Positions 37,702 through 50,359 of a DNA stretch of 64,000 bases are shown in pieces. The translations under genes were made by a program, and so were the position numbers. The stretch comes from Phoronis australis. Its lineage: Eukaryota; Animalia; Phoronida. Every line of letters starts with the position of its first letter. The stretch's first letter is position 1. The notes under the pieces were generated by a model. That model was given only the letters and a program-made list of their open reading frames with translations. It was not told where the DNA came from and ran no database searches. The stretch spans positions 1,220,911-1,284,910 of the forward strand of contig NMRA01000032.1 in NCBI GenBank assembly GCA_002633005.1, written 5' to 3'.

Positions 37702-38609
37702 NNNNNNNNNNNNNNNNNNNNNNNNNNNNNNNNNNNNNNNNNNNNNNNNNNNNNNNNNNNNNNNNNNNNNNNNNNNNNNNNNNNNNNNNNNNNNNNNNNN
37801 NNNNNNNNNNNNNNNNNNNNNNNNNNNNNNNNNNNNNNNNNNNNNNNNNNNNNNNNNNNNNNNNNNNNNNNNNNNNNNNNNNNNNNNNNNNNNNNNNNNN
37901 NNNNNNNNNNNNNNNNNNNNNNNNNNNNNNNNNNNNNNNNNNNNNNNNNNNNNNNNNNNNNNNNNNNNNNNNNNNNNNNNNNNNNNNNNNNNNNNNNNNN
38001 NNNNNNNNNNNNNNNNNNNNNNNNNNNNNNNNNNNNNNNNNNNNNNNNNNNNNNNNNNNNNNNNNNNNNNNNNNNNNNNNNNNNNNNNNNNNNNNNNNNN
38101 NNNNNNNNNNNNNNNNNNNNNNNNNNNNNNNNNNNNNNNNNNNNNNNNNNNNNNNNNNNNNNNNNNNNNNNNNNNNNNNNNNNNNNNNNNNNNNNNNNNN
38201 NNNNNNNNNNNNNNNNNNNNNNNNNNNNNNNNNNNNNNNNNNNNNNNNNNNNNNNNNNNNNNNNNNNNNNNNNNNNNNNNNNNNNNNNNNNNNNNNNNNN
38301 NNNNNNNNNNNNNNNNNNNNNNNNNNNNNNNNNNNNNNNNNNNNNNNNNNNNNNNNNNNNNNNNNNNNNNNNNNNNNNNNNNNNNNNNNNNNNNNNNNNN
38401 NNNNNNNNNNNNNNNNNNNNNNNNNNNNNNNNNNNNNNNNNNNNNNNNNNNNNNNNNNNNNNNNNNNNNNNNNNNNNNNNNNNNNNNNNNGAAATCAAAA
38501 ATGAACAACATTGAGCTAGTCGCGTATTCATTAGAATAAGATAACGTGGTTCAATCGGAACTGGGCAGCGCTCAACGACAATATGTGACTGTTATCACTG
38601 ACAGGCAAA

Positions 38610-40400
38610 AACTTATAGTCTAGGGGGAGCACACAGAACACAAGCCAGCTAACCTATGCACGGAGAGTTTATGCATGATCATATCATCAGGGTGAAGCAA
38701 ACAGAACTCACGGCAGTTAACATGAACATGGATAGTTTACATGGCCCTATAGTCTGGGGAGCACACAGAACGTACGCCAGTTAACGTGAACATGGACAGT
38801 TTACATGACAATATAATCTGGGGAGAAGCACACAGAACGTTGGCCAATCACGTGAAAATGGACAGTCTACATGGTCATATAGTCTGTGGAGGAGCACGCA
38901 GACCATAGGTCAGTTAACATGAATATGGATAGATTGCATGGCCGCATAGTCTGGAGAGGAGCGCACTCAACATGGCCAGTTAACATGAACATGGTCTGTT
39001 TATGGGTCCGTATAGTCTGGGAGGAGCACGTACAGAACGCAAGCCAGTTAACATGAAGATGAACAGCGTACATGGCCGTATAGTCTGGAGAGGACACAGA
39101 ACATACGCCACTTAACATCAACAAGGACAGTTTACAAGGCCATAGAGTCTGTCCGGGGGTGGAGTGCACAGAAAGCAGACCAGTTAACATGAACATGAAC
39201 AGTTTATATATTACGAAGTAATCTGGAGGATGACTCAGAACTTAGGCCAAATAACATGAACATGGGCAGTTTACATGACCATATAGTGTGGGGAGGAGCA
39301 GGAGTCCGTTAATCACTAAGTTAACGTGAACATGGACAGATTGCATGGCCACATAGCCTGGGGAGGAGCACACAGAAAGTAGGCCAACTAACATGAACAT
39401 AGACAGTTTATATGACGGAATAATCTGGAGGATGACTCAGAACTTGGGCCAAATAACATGAACACGGACAGTTTACATGACCATATAGTATGGGGAGGAG
39501 CACGTAGACTGTAGGCCATTTCACATAAATGTGAACAAATTGCGTGGCCACTTAGGCTGGGGAGGAGTTCAAAGAATGTAGGCCTGTGCCAGTTAACATG
39601 AACATGAGCAGTTTACATGGTCATATAGTCTGGGGAGGAACACACAGTATGTACGCCGGTTAACGTGAACATGGACAGTTTACACGACCATATAGTCTGG
39701 GTAGGAGCACGGAGACCGTGTAGGCCACTCAGTTCACATGAACATGAACTGATTGCATGGCCATATAGTCTGGGGAGGAACACACAGAACGTAGGCCAAT
39801 TAACTTGAATATGGACAATTTACATAGCCATATAGTCTGGGGAGGAGCACATAGACTGTACTACAGGCCAGTTCACATGAACGTGAACAGATTGCATGGC
39901 CACTTATGCTGGGGAGGAGTGCAAAGAATGTAGGCCTGTGCCAGTTAACATGAACATGGGCAGTTTACATGGCCATATGCTCTAGGGAGGAACACGCAGA
40001 ACGTAGGCCGGTTAACGTGAACACTGACAGTTTACAAGACCATGTAGTCTGGGGAGGAGCATGGAGACCGTAGGTCAGTTAACATGACCGTGGGCATCCG
40101 TGACGATATAGTCTGGATGATCACACAGAACGTAGGCCAGTTAACGATGAACCTGGACAGTTTACAAAGCCATATAGTCTGGAGCGGTCGGGGCACTCCG
40201 CTCACATGTTCATGGACAATTTACATTGCCATATAATCCGGAGAGATCAGAGCGCACAGAACGTACACCAGTCAATCAATGTGTGCAGTTTACATGGCCA
40301 AATAATCTGAGGAGCAGCAAACAGAACGTACGTGCGCTAACATGTACATGAACAGTTTTTGAGCACTCGTGATAAAAAAGCACAGAACGTAGTGGTACAG
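38610..40400. repeat. 67-bp minisatellite array, unit 3
   Basis: Same consensus. Contains the empty site (about 39291-39356) of the LINE inserted in unit 4. Confidence 0.92.
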
Positions 40401-41164
40401 TTTACATTAGTGTGTTACATCCTAAGGGAGATGGAGTGCGAAGATTCCACGAGAGTTCACATGAATATTCACAATTCCCTCCTTAAAACATTGTTTTCTA
40501 CATAAAGTGTTTCAATGTTGTTAGTTCTTAATTTCACACCTTTCAATATCTTGACGAACTGATCTAGTTGAAACAGATTTAATCTTGGAGCTTGTACAGG
40601 TGTACCACGTATTTTTTTCAACTTTGGGTTTTGAAGATTTTTGAAATGTAAATTTGGTAAAGCATTTGTTGGCCCCTGAATAGAAATGAAATTGTCCAGA
40701 AAACCCAACTTTCATACTTTTGGCACAAATGACGCTTTCGAGACCAGTCAGCTACGAATTTCATTCAGACAATATCCACCGATTTCACTAATTTAAAAGT
40801 TACAGCAGTGGAAATGAAAATCTTTCAGGTAATAATTTTCCAATGATCGTTTAGACAAATGAGGTGATGCTGAGGTTGTTTCTGGAAGGCCAGTGTTTAA
40901 AAGTAAAGTGAAATATAAACTAATCCACTTAAGCTCATAAAATAGCTCTTGTGGTTATCCTTGCCATGATAGGGCTTGATTGCCGTTACTGACAACAGCG
41001 ATTCATGAACACGCGTCATGGTTGGAGTTGGCTAGCTCTAAAATGACGCAAATTCAAATAATGGCGGATGTATCTTTTCCTTCTGATTTGAGTTGCCCAA
41101 AACCGCTTCGATTAAAAATTAACCTTTGACGAAACGTCCCTTTAAACTAAGTCAGATTTGAAAC

Positions 41165-41240
41165 CTCGCTGGTTCCCTGCGTGCCGCTAGATGGGGCGGT
41201 AGCCGTGCTGGCTGGGCTAAGCACGCAGGGAACCAGCGAG
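41165..41240. mobile_element. 76-bp MITE with perfect 20-bp TIRs and a 9-bp TSD
   Basis: CTCGCTGGTTCCCTGCGTGC ... GCACGCAGGGAACCAGCGAG, flanked by ATTTGAAAC (41156-41164) and ACTTGAAAC (41241-41249). Units 1, 2 and 4 show the empty site AAGTCAGACTTGAAA. Confidence 0.9.
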
Positions 41241-41675
41241 ACTTGAAACAAGGATAAGCCATTGATGCCCTGAAAATATAAGGCCTGTTTGTCAATGGCG
41301 ACAAGAGTGATAACACAGATGTGGACAGACTCCTGTAGTAATAGTAAGCTAATAGTCAGGATATGAACCCTCATTACTAAAGCTAAAATTTGTAACTAGA
41401 CTGAAAAATGGAAATCTAACGAAGCCGTCTCCGGATTAATCCAACGGTATCCAGGATAAATCCAAAATATCTTCGTCTTCCAATATGGTTGTCAAACTGG
41501 GATAGACAATCTGAAACAGAAACCAATTGAAAACTCAACAGAAATAAATTACTAAAGATCTATAAAGCTTGTCACTAACAGCTTTAAAAATGTTTACTTT
41601 CTTACACGCGTCGATATAACATTAAATTATGGTCATTTTTTAAGTAAAATTTCGAAGCTCCCAAGCGCGTCTTGG

Positions 41676-43016
41676 TTACAAAGCACGATTATAGATACAC
41701 GCACTTCTGCTTAGGAAGTTCATCTGCCGGTAAATTCATACTGCGTCAATGTTTGAATAAAGATTGTTTATAGTAATGTAACGATATGAAGCATACTTAC
41801 GCTGCGGCCTTGTATTTTTCTTTTGGAGATCACTGCTCCGTACTCTAAGTCTGCGCAAACTAAATCTACCTGGAATATATGAGAGCAAAGTTTTAAATCA
41901 TTAGCTTATATTTATTGAAGCAACAGTTGAAAAGTACAAAATTGTATGACGTTTAACGGTACCTTGACTAGATTTCAGGTTCCTGGTTTCAACGAAGAGT
42001 CCACTGACAAGTCTGTTCCCAAATTTTCTATGGAAGTCACGTCTATTCTCTACATCGAAGGATTTCATGTGTGTTTTTGTTGTGGGGAGTAATTTTAGAA
42101 ATGTTAGAGCTGTCTTTTACTGATGACTGCTAATGATTTGGAAATTCGAAGAACTATGCAAAATAGTAAAACAAATGTTACAATGTCTATTGTAAAGATC
42201 CCGGGTTTGCGTTTCGGTGTTACATTAAGTGTAGTTAAAAAGAAAACTGTCAATGAATTGTTTCCTACAAAAACGACATGAAGTGCAAATCGGTCAAGGA
42301 CGTATCCACGTATAGCATTAGACACATCACGTGTATGTAACTTCCTTTTCATATAAACAACGAAATATGCCTACTAAACCCTGGTTAGTTCATCACCTTG
42401 TTCTCTTGTTCAGAAACTCTTTGTTTTTTAAGTCTATTCAAGAAAGCCGGAATTGGCTCAAACACATGCTTGGGGTCAGGCTCTCCGAATTCTTTTTCTA
42501 ATTGTTCTAACATCATGCAGATGTTATCGAGTCTCTGTGCAAGTGCAAGACATCTTGAGCGTGTCTGGTTGCCTTTGGACGCCTCCGTCTGGAGATCCTG
42601 CATGACCGTGACTATCTCATCGGATGTTTTTGAGAATGACAGAGTTCTTGCAGCTCCTTGAGATGCATAGTCAGCCGATACGATCTCTGCCGCTTCTGAA
42701 ATTGAATGGATTTGATTGACAATTTTATGTTTTGCTTATTTGTGAAACTCTGCAAACAAATTAAAAAGATCAAATTCTAAAATTAAAAGGAATTTCACTA
42801 AATATGGTTTGTTTTCTTAAAAATGATGGTCTTACCAGTGTTGCCAATCACGTCATCGCGTTTGCCACCGTCCCCTTGACGTTTCAGAACACATTTGTGG
42901 CAAGAGCACTGTTTCTTCAACTTCTTCAGGGCATAGTGCCTCGCTCTTTGCAGAAATGACTCCTTTTTGCCGCCTTTTGAACCATTTTGTTTCCTTCTCT
43001 TCAGAATGCATGGCAT
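41676..43016 (-). CDS. Unrecognised 4-exon gene, copy 3
   Basis: Exon 1 is 42836-43016 and exon 2 starts at 42695. Exon 3 has an in-frame 30-nt deletion. Confidence 0.6.
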
Positions 43017-43728
43017 TTTGAAACTCTTGTCTAGCTTCACTACTACCAAAGTGACGTCACGTAATTGTTGAATTGTTAAATATGACGTAAACTCCCGAAT
43101 TTCAACGTAAGTCAACGAGAAAAATATGCTGATATGGGAAACACGAATAGACCTATCAAAGAAGCAGTTTTTAGTTGGCCTGCGTTTTATCATGGAACTC
43201 AAGGCACGGGATGCTAACTACCGTACTTGACCCATGTTTTACTTGTTTTATTGCGAGCCCGGGCTTTCAAGGGAGTGGCCGAGTGTGTTTGCACTGAATT
43301 TCCCGACAGTTTTGATTTTTTTTCTAAAACCCGCCATGAACCATTTGCGATTTTCCATCCGTTTTTTCACTGACGACTGTATTAGGACGTTCGCGTGTCT
43401 CTCACGCTAATGCAGTGGTTTAATCTGTGTTCGAGGGCAACATGAGCTCTACACTTTTCCTACCCATTCCACGACACATATTTCATTTTTTGTTCAATTG
43501 ACTCAAAATTTGTCCACAATATACAATTTACGCTGAGTCAATCCCTTTCAATAGGATGTTTTTCAGACCAAAGATGTAATAATGACTTAGGATCCCCTGT
43601 AATCGTTCATTTGTCACATACGTACATTGAGTCTTAAAAACAATTTGCAGGGCTCAGTAAAACTAATTATTATTTAGTTTTTACATGTGATAGTATTAAC
43701 CCATGTTAAAAATTCCGTGGGGGTATTA

Positions 43729-44560
43729 CATAAGGTCGCCGTTGTGGTCAACTTCCTAAAGAGACGTATTTGTTGTCGTTTAACTCGGGCTATTGTTCAA
43801 TCAAGATGTAGATGGTATAAGACAAACCCTGGTGAATAACGTGTACACCAATAATATTTAAACTTCCACAAAAATCGATTCATGTCCAAAATTAATTGTG
43901 AATTCCCTGCACGTCGGACCGGTGTGACCAAAAAGGTACTTTACAAAATTTTAAGCCCAATAATTACCTCCAGGACGAAAACGGCAAAATAACTTGGGAT
44001 AATGCTAAAATTTGTAAGCTCGATTATTACCTCGATGTTATTATTTATTATCGGAATTGGAAGTAGTCCAACTTGGTCATAAAAAAAACATTTCTAAAGC
44101 GAAAGTCAGTCCTGTTGCCCAATGTAGTGTTGTTTAAGTGTTTGTATGCCCTATTAGCGATTGTCAAACGGTTTGGAATCTTTTCCGTCGGTTATCTATG
44201 CATATTCAAAATGGTGCCATCCTAGAACATTTTCTGCAAAGCCACGAACTTAAAATCACCCGTCAAGGAATTGTGGAAAACACGTCTGTAGAGCACGATG
44301 TGATGCGATTGAAAGTATTGGAGTCCCTTTCGGTTGCATTTGAGGAGCCTGTTTTGAAGGAGCAGCAAACATGTTCGCGTGACTTTCCTGTTACCCCCCC
44401 CCCTTCATTTGTTATTCTTTGCAGTATTTCACACCTGTCATGCCCCACTGTGTATGTCTCCAGCTTTTTCTCTGTGGTGGCATTACTGTGTCATTTATTT
44501 CCACTTGAGAATGAAACAAGTATGTTCGAAATATCGATTGTCTTTTAATCATATCTCTTA
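43729..44560 (+). mobile_element. Penelope-like fragment, junction 3; hammerhead-like motif at about 44502-44538
   Basis: Homologous to the other two fragments. ORF 44138-44548 shows FVCPISDC..RRLSMHIQNGAILEHF. It is gap-free with both flanking units. Confidence 0.8.
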
Positions 44561-46258
44561 GTCAGTTGCTTCAGCAATGTTCTGTTCCGTGTCGAACATC
44601 GTTCCGAGGATACGAACAGAACGGAATGTAAAACAATGTTGTCTTTATATTTATTTTATTATAAATAATACAAAATTACATAGCACAGTACCTCGTAAAC
44701 AAATTAAGAATCTGCCTAAACTAAGTAACCAAAAATCTTGTTGACCTGATAAATAAGTAACAGGAATAATATGAAGTTCACACTAGGATACATTTCATAT
44801 TTAATAGGTCTTGACGTTAACTATCGACTAAAACGCGATAATAGACAAGTTTTAATGGCAAGTCTATATGTTATCGCTGTCAAAAATCAATTTCGATATT
44901 AGAAATCAGTATCAAAATCGACAAGATTTTTGGAAAGCAAAGACATCTGAGATGTCACTCAATTTGTGATAGAAAATTAATCCTGGATTGTCCATAAGCT
45001 TCTTCAAAAAGTCAGCACTATTCACTGAGCAATTCCTGAAAAGGAATCTCCGCCATATTTTAAAGATTTCAAAAGGTACCCCACCGCTATACATAATGGG
45101 CGACTTCCAACTTGATTCACATAATAACAATTGGATGTTCAGAAACAACCTTTCTGATCCTAAGTTTCTATCAACAAACAACAGGAAATTATTTTCGCAA
45201 AAAAATCACTCTTGTAACCTCTGAAGGATGTAAGCATTGAAGTTCATTGTAGAAAATACGTACTAACCACTCAGAAAGCTGTGTGATATCGATGCTGCGT
45301 TGTATGAGTTGTGTAAAATATCAGATAGTCGTTACCGGCTACGACTTCTTAATAAAACGTATATTTCGAATCAGAACGATATTCAAATCGTTCTCTTCGA
45401 AACCCAATTGACGCATTGGACAACTTTTTAAGACAAAAATCTGTTTATCGCTTGACTGAAAGGTGCGAAATCAAAAATGAACAACATCGAGCTAGTCGCG
45501 TATTCATTAGAATGAGATAACGTGGTTCAATCGGAACTGAGCAGCCTTCAACGACAATATGTGACTGTTATCACTGACGGGCAAAAACTTATAGTCTAGG
45601 GGGATCACACAGAACACAAGCCAGCTAACCTATGCACGGAGAGTTTATGCATGATCATATCATCAGGGTGAAGCAAACAGAACTCACGACAGTTACCATG
45701 AACATGGATAGTTTACATGGCTATATAGTCTGGCGAGCACACAGAACGCACGCCAGTTAAGGTGAACATGGACAGTTTAAATGACAATATAATCTGGGGA
45801 GGAGCACACAGAACGTTGGCCAATCACGTGAAAATGGACAGTCTACATGGTCATATATTCTGTGGAGGAGCACGCAGACCATAGGTCAGTTAACATGAAC
45901 ATGGATAGATTGCATAGCCGCATAGTCTGGAGAGGAGCGCACACAACATGGTCAGTTAACATGAACATGGACTGTTTATAGGTCCGTATAGTCTGGGAGG
46001 AGCACGTACAGAACGCAAGCCAGTTAACATGAAGATGAACAGCTTACATGGCCGTATAGTCTGGAGAGGACACAGAACATACGCCACTTATCATCAACAA
46101 CGACAGTTTACAAGGCCATATAGTCTGGGGAGGAGCACACAGAACGTGGGCCAGTTAACATGAACATGGACAGTTTATATGACGAAATAATCTGGAGGAT
46201 GACTCAGAACTTAGGCGAAATAACATGAACATGGGCAGTTTACATGACTGTATAGTAT

Positions 46259-48013
46259 ATGGGGAGGAGCAGGAGACCGAAGATCATCAAGTTAACTGAA
46301 ATTTCAAATTATCGCCCAATAACATTACTTAACACCCTGTCCAAAATCTTTGAGAAGATCATTGCTCAAAGTATTCTTACATTTCTCAAACAAAACAACT
46401 TGATCTATCATCGTCAATTTGGTTTTTTGCGTGGGAACAGCACCGTGGCACAACTTGTTGAAATAGTACATGAGATTCATTTACATTTTGAGAAGGGAGA
46501 GAGTGTCAGGTCCATTTTTCTAGATATAGCTTCTGCTTTCGACTGTGTCCCTCACGACCTTCTACTTCACAAACTTCGATCCTATGGCATTACTGGTAAT
46601 CTTTTAAACATGATCACCTCATATCTCTCCGAAAGAACATACAGTGTTCGTGTCGATGGCGTACTTTCAATTTTATCCCATCCTGGATTTGTAAACGCAG
46701 GTGTACCGCAGGGTAGCGTATTGGGCCCTCTTCTCTTCTTGGTTTATATTAATGACCTTCCTGATAACCTGTCATGTAGCACATACCTTTATGCAGATGA
46801 CACGGCGCTTTTTTACCCCTTCGCAGGGAGCAGCCCTGAATGTTCTTTGCAGCTTCAACACGACTTAAATAAACTAAGCTATTGGTCACAAGAATGGAGA
46901 ATGAATTTTAAACCAGAAAAAAGCGTTGACCTTACCTTCTCCAAATCTATTAATGCTCTCTTCCTTGTTGACCCGTCTTATGACCTTAAACTTAATGATG
47001 AAATCATTCCTAGAAAACAGTCGCACAGACATCTGGGTATACTGTTAGATGAAAAACTCTCATTCACCCCTCACGTTCGGGAGCTCGTACAAAAAACTCA
47101 GGAACTAATTAACCCACTTAAGCTTGTCTCTCGTCATCTGAATTCTACACATTTAGAAGTTTTGTTCAAGTCCTTTGTACTTCCACACATTGATTATTGT
47201 GATATTATATATCAGTCTGCCAATACGGGTGCACTCCAACATTTGGAGAAGTTACAATATCAAGCCGCCTTACTCATAACTGGAGCTTACAGGGGATCCA
47301 ATAGTGTTAAGGTTTTGAATAATCTCAAGTGGCCCAAACTGTCTACTCGACGCAATCTTCACATGACCACATTTACGTTCAAGGTAATAAACAATGTCAA
47401 CAACGTGTCTGTCAAAAAAATATTTGATCTATATATTAGACAAGGCCATCGTAGTGATTTGAGATTCTCCACCCCATATGCAATTCCTCCGTCGTTCAGT
47501 CAGGCATTCAGAAGGTCTACAGTCATGATGTGCATCAACAACTGGAATTCTCTTCCAGTCTCTGTTAAGGAAAGCAACTCTTTTACGAGTATAAAAAATA
47601 ATTTTAGAACTGTTTTTCATAATTTTGATAACTCAACACCCTTGACTCAATTCTCCCTTACCCGCGATAACGAAATAGCATTGTACAGATCAAGATGTGG
47701 CCTTTTCCTCAACTCTGACAAGTTCAGGCACAACTTTAGTAATGTATCTCCAAACTGTAAATGTGGTGACCATCAATCTTATCCTCATATTTTCTTCAAA
47801 TGTCCCCTCATCGAATCCCTGAGAGACTCACTCTTTCGTGCACTCAATGATAACCAATCAGTTGTTAACGCTCTCAATTCTTGTAATAATATCCCTACTA
47901 GAGTTACATTATTACTGAATGGTAGTCCTAACCTTGACTTTGTTCTTAACGAATTCCTCCTAAGCAACGTTAGCAAATTTTTATATACCGTTTATCAATA
48001 TTGTTGCATCTGA
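46259..48013 (+). CDS. Reverse transcriptase with C-terminal CCHC-type motif (LINE ORF2 remainder, no endonuclease), 584 aa
   Basis: Uninterrupted ORF with NYRPITLL, QFGF, FLDIASAFD, GVPQGSVLGPLLFLVYINDL, YADD, HLGI.LD..LSF and a C-terminal CKCG..Q..HIFFKCP. The first 12 codons come from the flanking minisatellite and TSD. Confidence 0.9.
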   Translation: MGRSRRPKIIKLTEISNYRPITLLNTLSKIFEKIIAQSILTFLKQNNLIYHRQFGFLRGNSTVAQLVEIVHEIHLHFEKGESVRSIFLDIASAFDCVPHDLLLHKLRSYGITGNLLNMITSYLSERTYSVRVDGVLSILSHPGFVNAGVPQGSVLGPLLFLVYINDLPDNLSCSTYLYADDTALFYPFAGSSPECSLQLQHDLNKLSYWSQEWRMNFKPEKSVDLTFSKSINALFLVDPSYDLKLNDEIIPRKQSHRHLGILLDEKLSFTPHVRELVQKTQELINPLKLVSRHLNSTHLEVLFKSFVLPHIDYCDIIYQSANTGALQHLEKLQYQAALLITGAYRGSNSVKVLNNLKWPKLSTRRNLHMTTFTFKVINNVNNVSVKKIFDLYIRQGHRSDLRFSTPYAIPPSFSQAFRRSTVMMCINNWNSLPVSVKESNSFTSIKNNFRTVFHNFDNSTPLTQFSLTRDNEIALYRSRCGLFLNSDKFRHNFSNVSPNCKCGDHQSYPHIFFKCPLIESLRDSLFRALNDNQSVVNALNSCNNIPTRVTLLLNGSPNLDFVLNEFLLSNVSKFLYTVYQYCCI

Positions 48014-48247
48014 TTTCCCTACATGAATCTGTAAATATTTTTGTTTTTATATATCTGTAATAGCATGTCTAAGTATTGGAATACTTATTTTAGATACTAC
48101 TTAATTGTATATATCTCTATGTATATAAGTTTCATTGATGAATTGTTTACAACCCAGATATAATGCTTCGCGGTTTCTGGGTTTGTTATTATTTCTTTGT
48201 ATGTTCTGTGTATCCTTCAATAAATATATATCACAGTGAAAAAAAAA
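46297..48247 (+). mobile_element. 5'-truncated non-LTR retrotransposon (RTE-X-like LINE)
   Basis: Begins at EISNYRPITLL. AATAAA lies at 48219-48224 and the A-tail at 48239-48247. The 11-bp TSD ATCAAGTTAAC is at 46286-46296 and 48248-48258. Confidence 0.93.
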
Positions 48248-50359
48248 ATCAAGTTAACGTGAACATGGACAGATTGCATGGCCACATAGTCTTGGGAGGA
48301 GCACACAGAAAGTACAGGCCAATTAACATGAACATAGACAGTTTACATGGCGGTATAGTCTGGGTAGGAGCACACAGAACGTAGGCCAGTTAACATGAAC
48401 ATGGACAGTTTACATGGCGGTATAGTCTGGGTAGGAGCACACAGAACGTAGGCCAGTTAATATGAACACGGACAGTTTACATGGCCATATAGTTTGGGAG
48501 GGGCATGTGCAGAACGTAAGCCAGTTAACATGAACAAGGTCATATTATATGACCATATAGCCTGGAGGAGCACACAGATTGTAGGACAGTTAACGATGAA
48601 CATACTATTAGACAGTTTACATGCCGTGGCCATATAGTCAGGGGAGGAGCACACAGAACGATGCCAGTTCACATGAACATGGAAAATTTACATGGCCATA
48701 TAGTCTGGGGAGGAGCAAAGAGACGTAGGTCAATAAACATGAACATGGACAGGTTACATGACCATATAGTCTGGGGAGAAGCAAGAAGAAAATAAGTCAG
48801 TTAACATGAACATAGAGAGTTTACATGGCCATATAATTTGGTAGTCTGGGGAGGAGAACACCGAACGTACACCAATTATCCTGAACATGGACAGCTTACA
48901 AGGGCACATAATAGGGAGCGGGGCGGAGCACACAGAACGCACGTCCGCTAACACGTGCATGGACAATTTACATTACCATATGGTCTGGGAAGGTTGGAGC
49001 ACACAGAACGTAGACCAGTCTATGTACAGTTTACATGGCCAAATACTCTGGGGAGCAGCAAACAGAACGTACGTCCGCTAACATGTACACGGACAGTTTT
49101 CGAGGACACGTGATGAGGGAAATAAAGCTCAGAACGTAGTGGCTGTAACAAATACAAGTACAATTTACATTAGTGTGTTACATCCTACGGGAGATGGAAC
49201 GCGAAGATTCCACGAGAGTTAATATGAATCTTCACAATTCCCCATTTAAAACATTGTTATCAACATCAAGCGATTCAATGTTGTTCGTTTTTGATTTCAC
49301 ACCTTTAAGGTCTTGATATACTAATCTTAAAAGGGTTTAATCTTTGAGCTTGTACAGGTGTACCACGTATTTTTTTCCACTTTGGGTTTTGAAGATTGTT
49401 GAAATGTAATTTGGTAAAGCATTTGTTGGCCCTGAATAGAAATAAAATTGTCCAGAAAACTCAACTTTCGTACTTTCGGCGCAAATCACGCTTTCGAGAC
49501 TAGTCAGCTACGTATTTCATTTAAACGATATCCACCATTTTCGTTTTGTATTTTAGAAGTTACTGCGGAGGAAATAGAAATCTTTCATGTAATAATTTTG
49601 CATTGACCGTTTAGGCAAATGAGGTGATGCTGAGGTTGTTTCTGGAAAGCCAATGTTTAAAAATAAAGTGAAATATAAACTAATCCACTCAGCTCATAAA
49701 ATAGCTCTTGTGATATTCTTTGCCATGATAGCACTTGATTGCCGTTACTAACAACAGCATAAAAGTATCAGCGATTTACGAAAACGCGTCATGGCTAGCT
49801 CTAAAATCACGCAAATTCAAATAATGGCGGATGTATCTTTTGCCTCTGATTTGAGTTGCCCAAAAGCGCTTCGATTTAAAATTAACCTTTGAGGAAATGC
49901 CCCTTTTAACTAAGTCAGACTTGAAATAACAATAAGCCATTGATACCCTGAAAATATAAGACCTGGTCGTCAGTGGTGACAAAAGTGATAACACAGATGT
50001 AGACAGACTCCTGCAGTAATAGTTGCCTAAGCTAACAGTCAGGATATGAACCCTCATTACTAAAGCTTAAAATTTGTATCTAGACTGGAAAAATGAAAAT
50101 CTAAAGAAGCCGTCATTGGATTAATCCAACGGTATCCAGGACAAATCAAAAATATCTTCGTCTTCCAATATGGTTGTCAAGCTGGAAGAGGCAATCTGAA
50201 ACAGAAAACAATTGAAAACTCAACAGAAATAAATTACTAAAGATCTATAAAGCTTGTCACCAACAACTTTAAAAATGTTTACTTTCTTAAACGTGTTACC
50301 ATGACATTAAACTATGGTCATTTTTAAGTAAAATTTCGGAGCTCTCGGGCGAGTCTTAA

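Larger units (their letters stand above)
45590..49140. repeat. 67-bp minisatellite array, unit 4, split by a LINE insertion
   Basis: Same consensus. An exact 67-bp monomer duplication is visible at about 48338-48460. Confidence 0.9.

Noticed and set aside
37562-38539. Long X-filled ORFs here and at 11646-12074 and 23062-23458
   Set aside because: Artefacts of N-gaps and the TG microsatellite.
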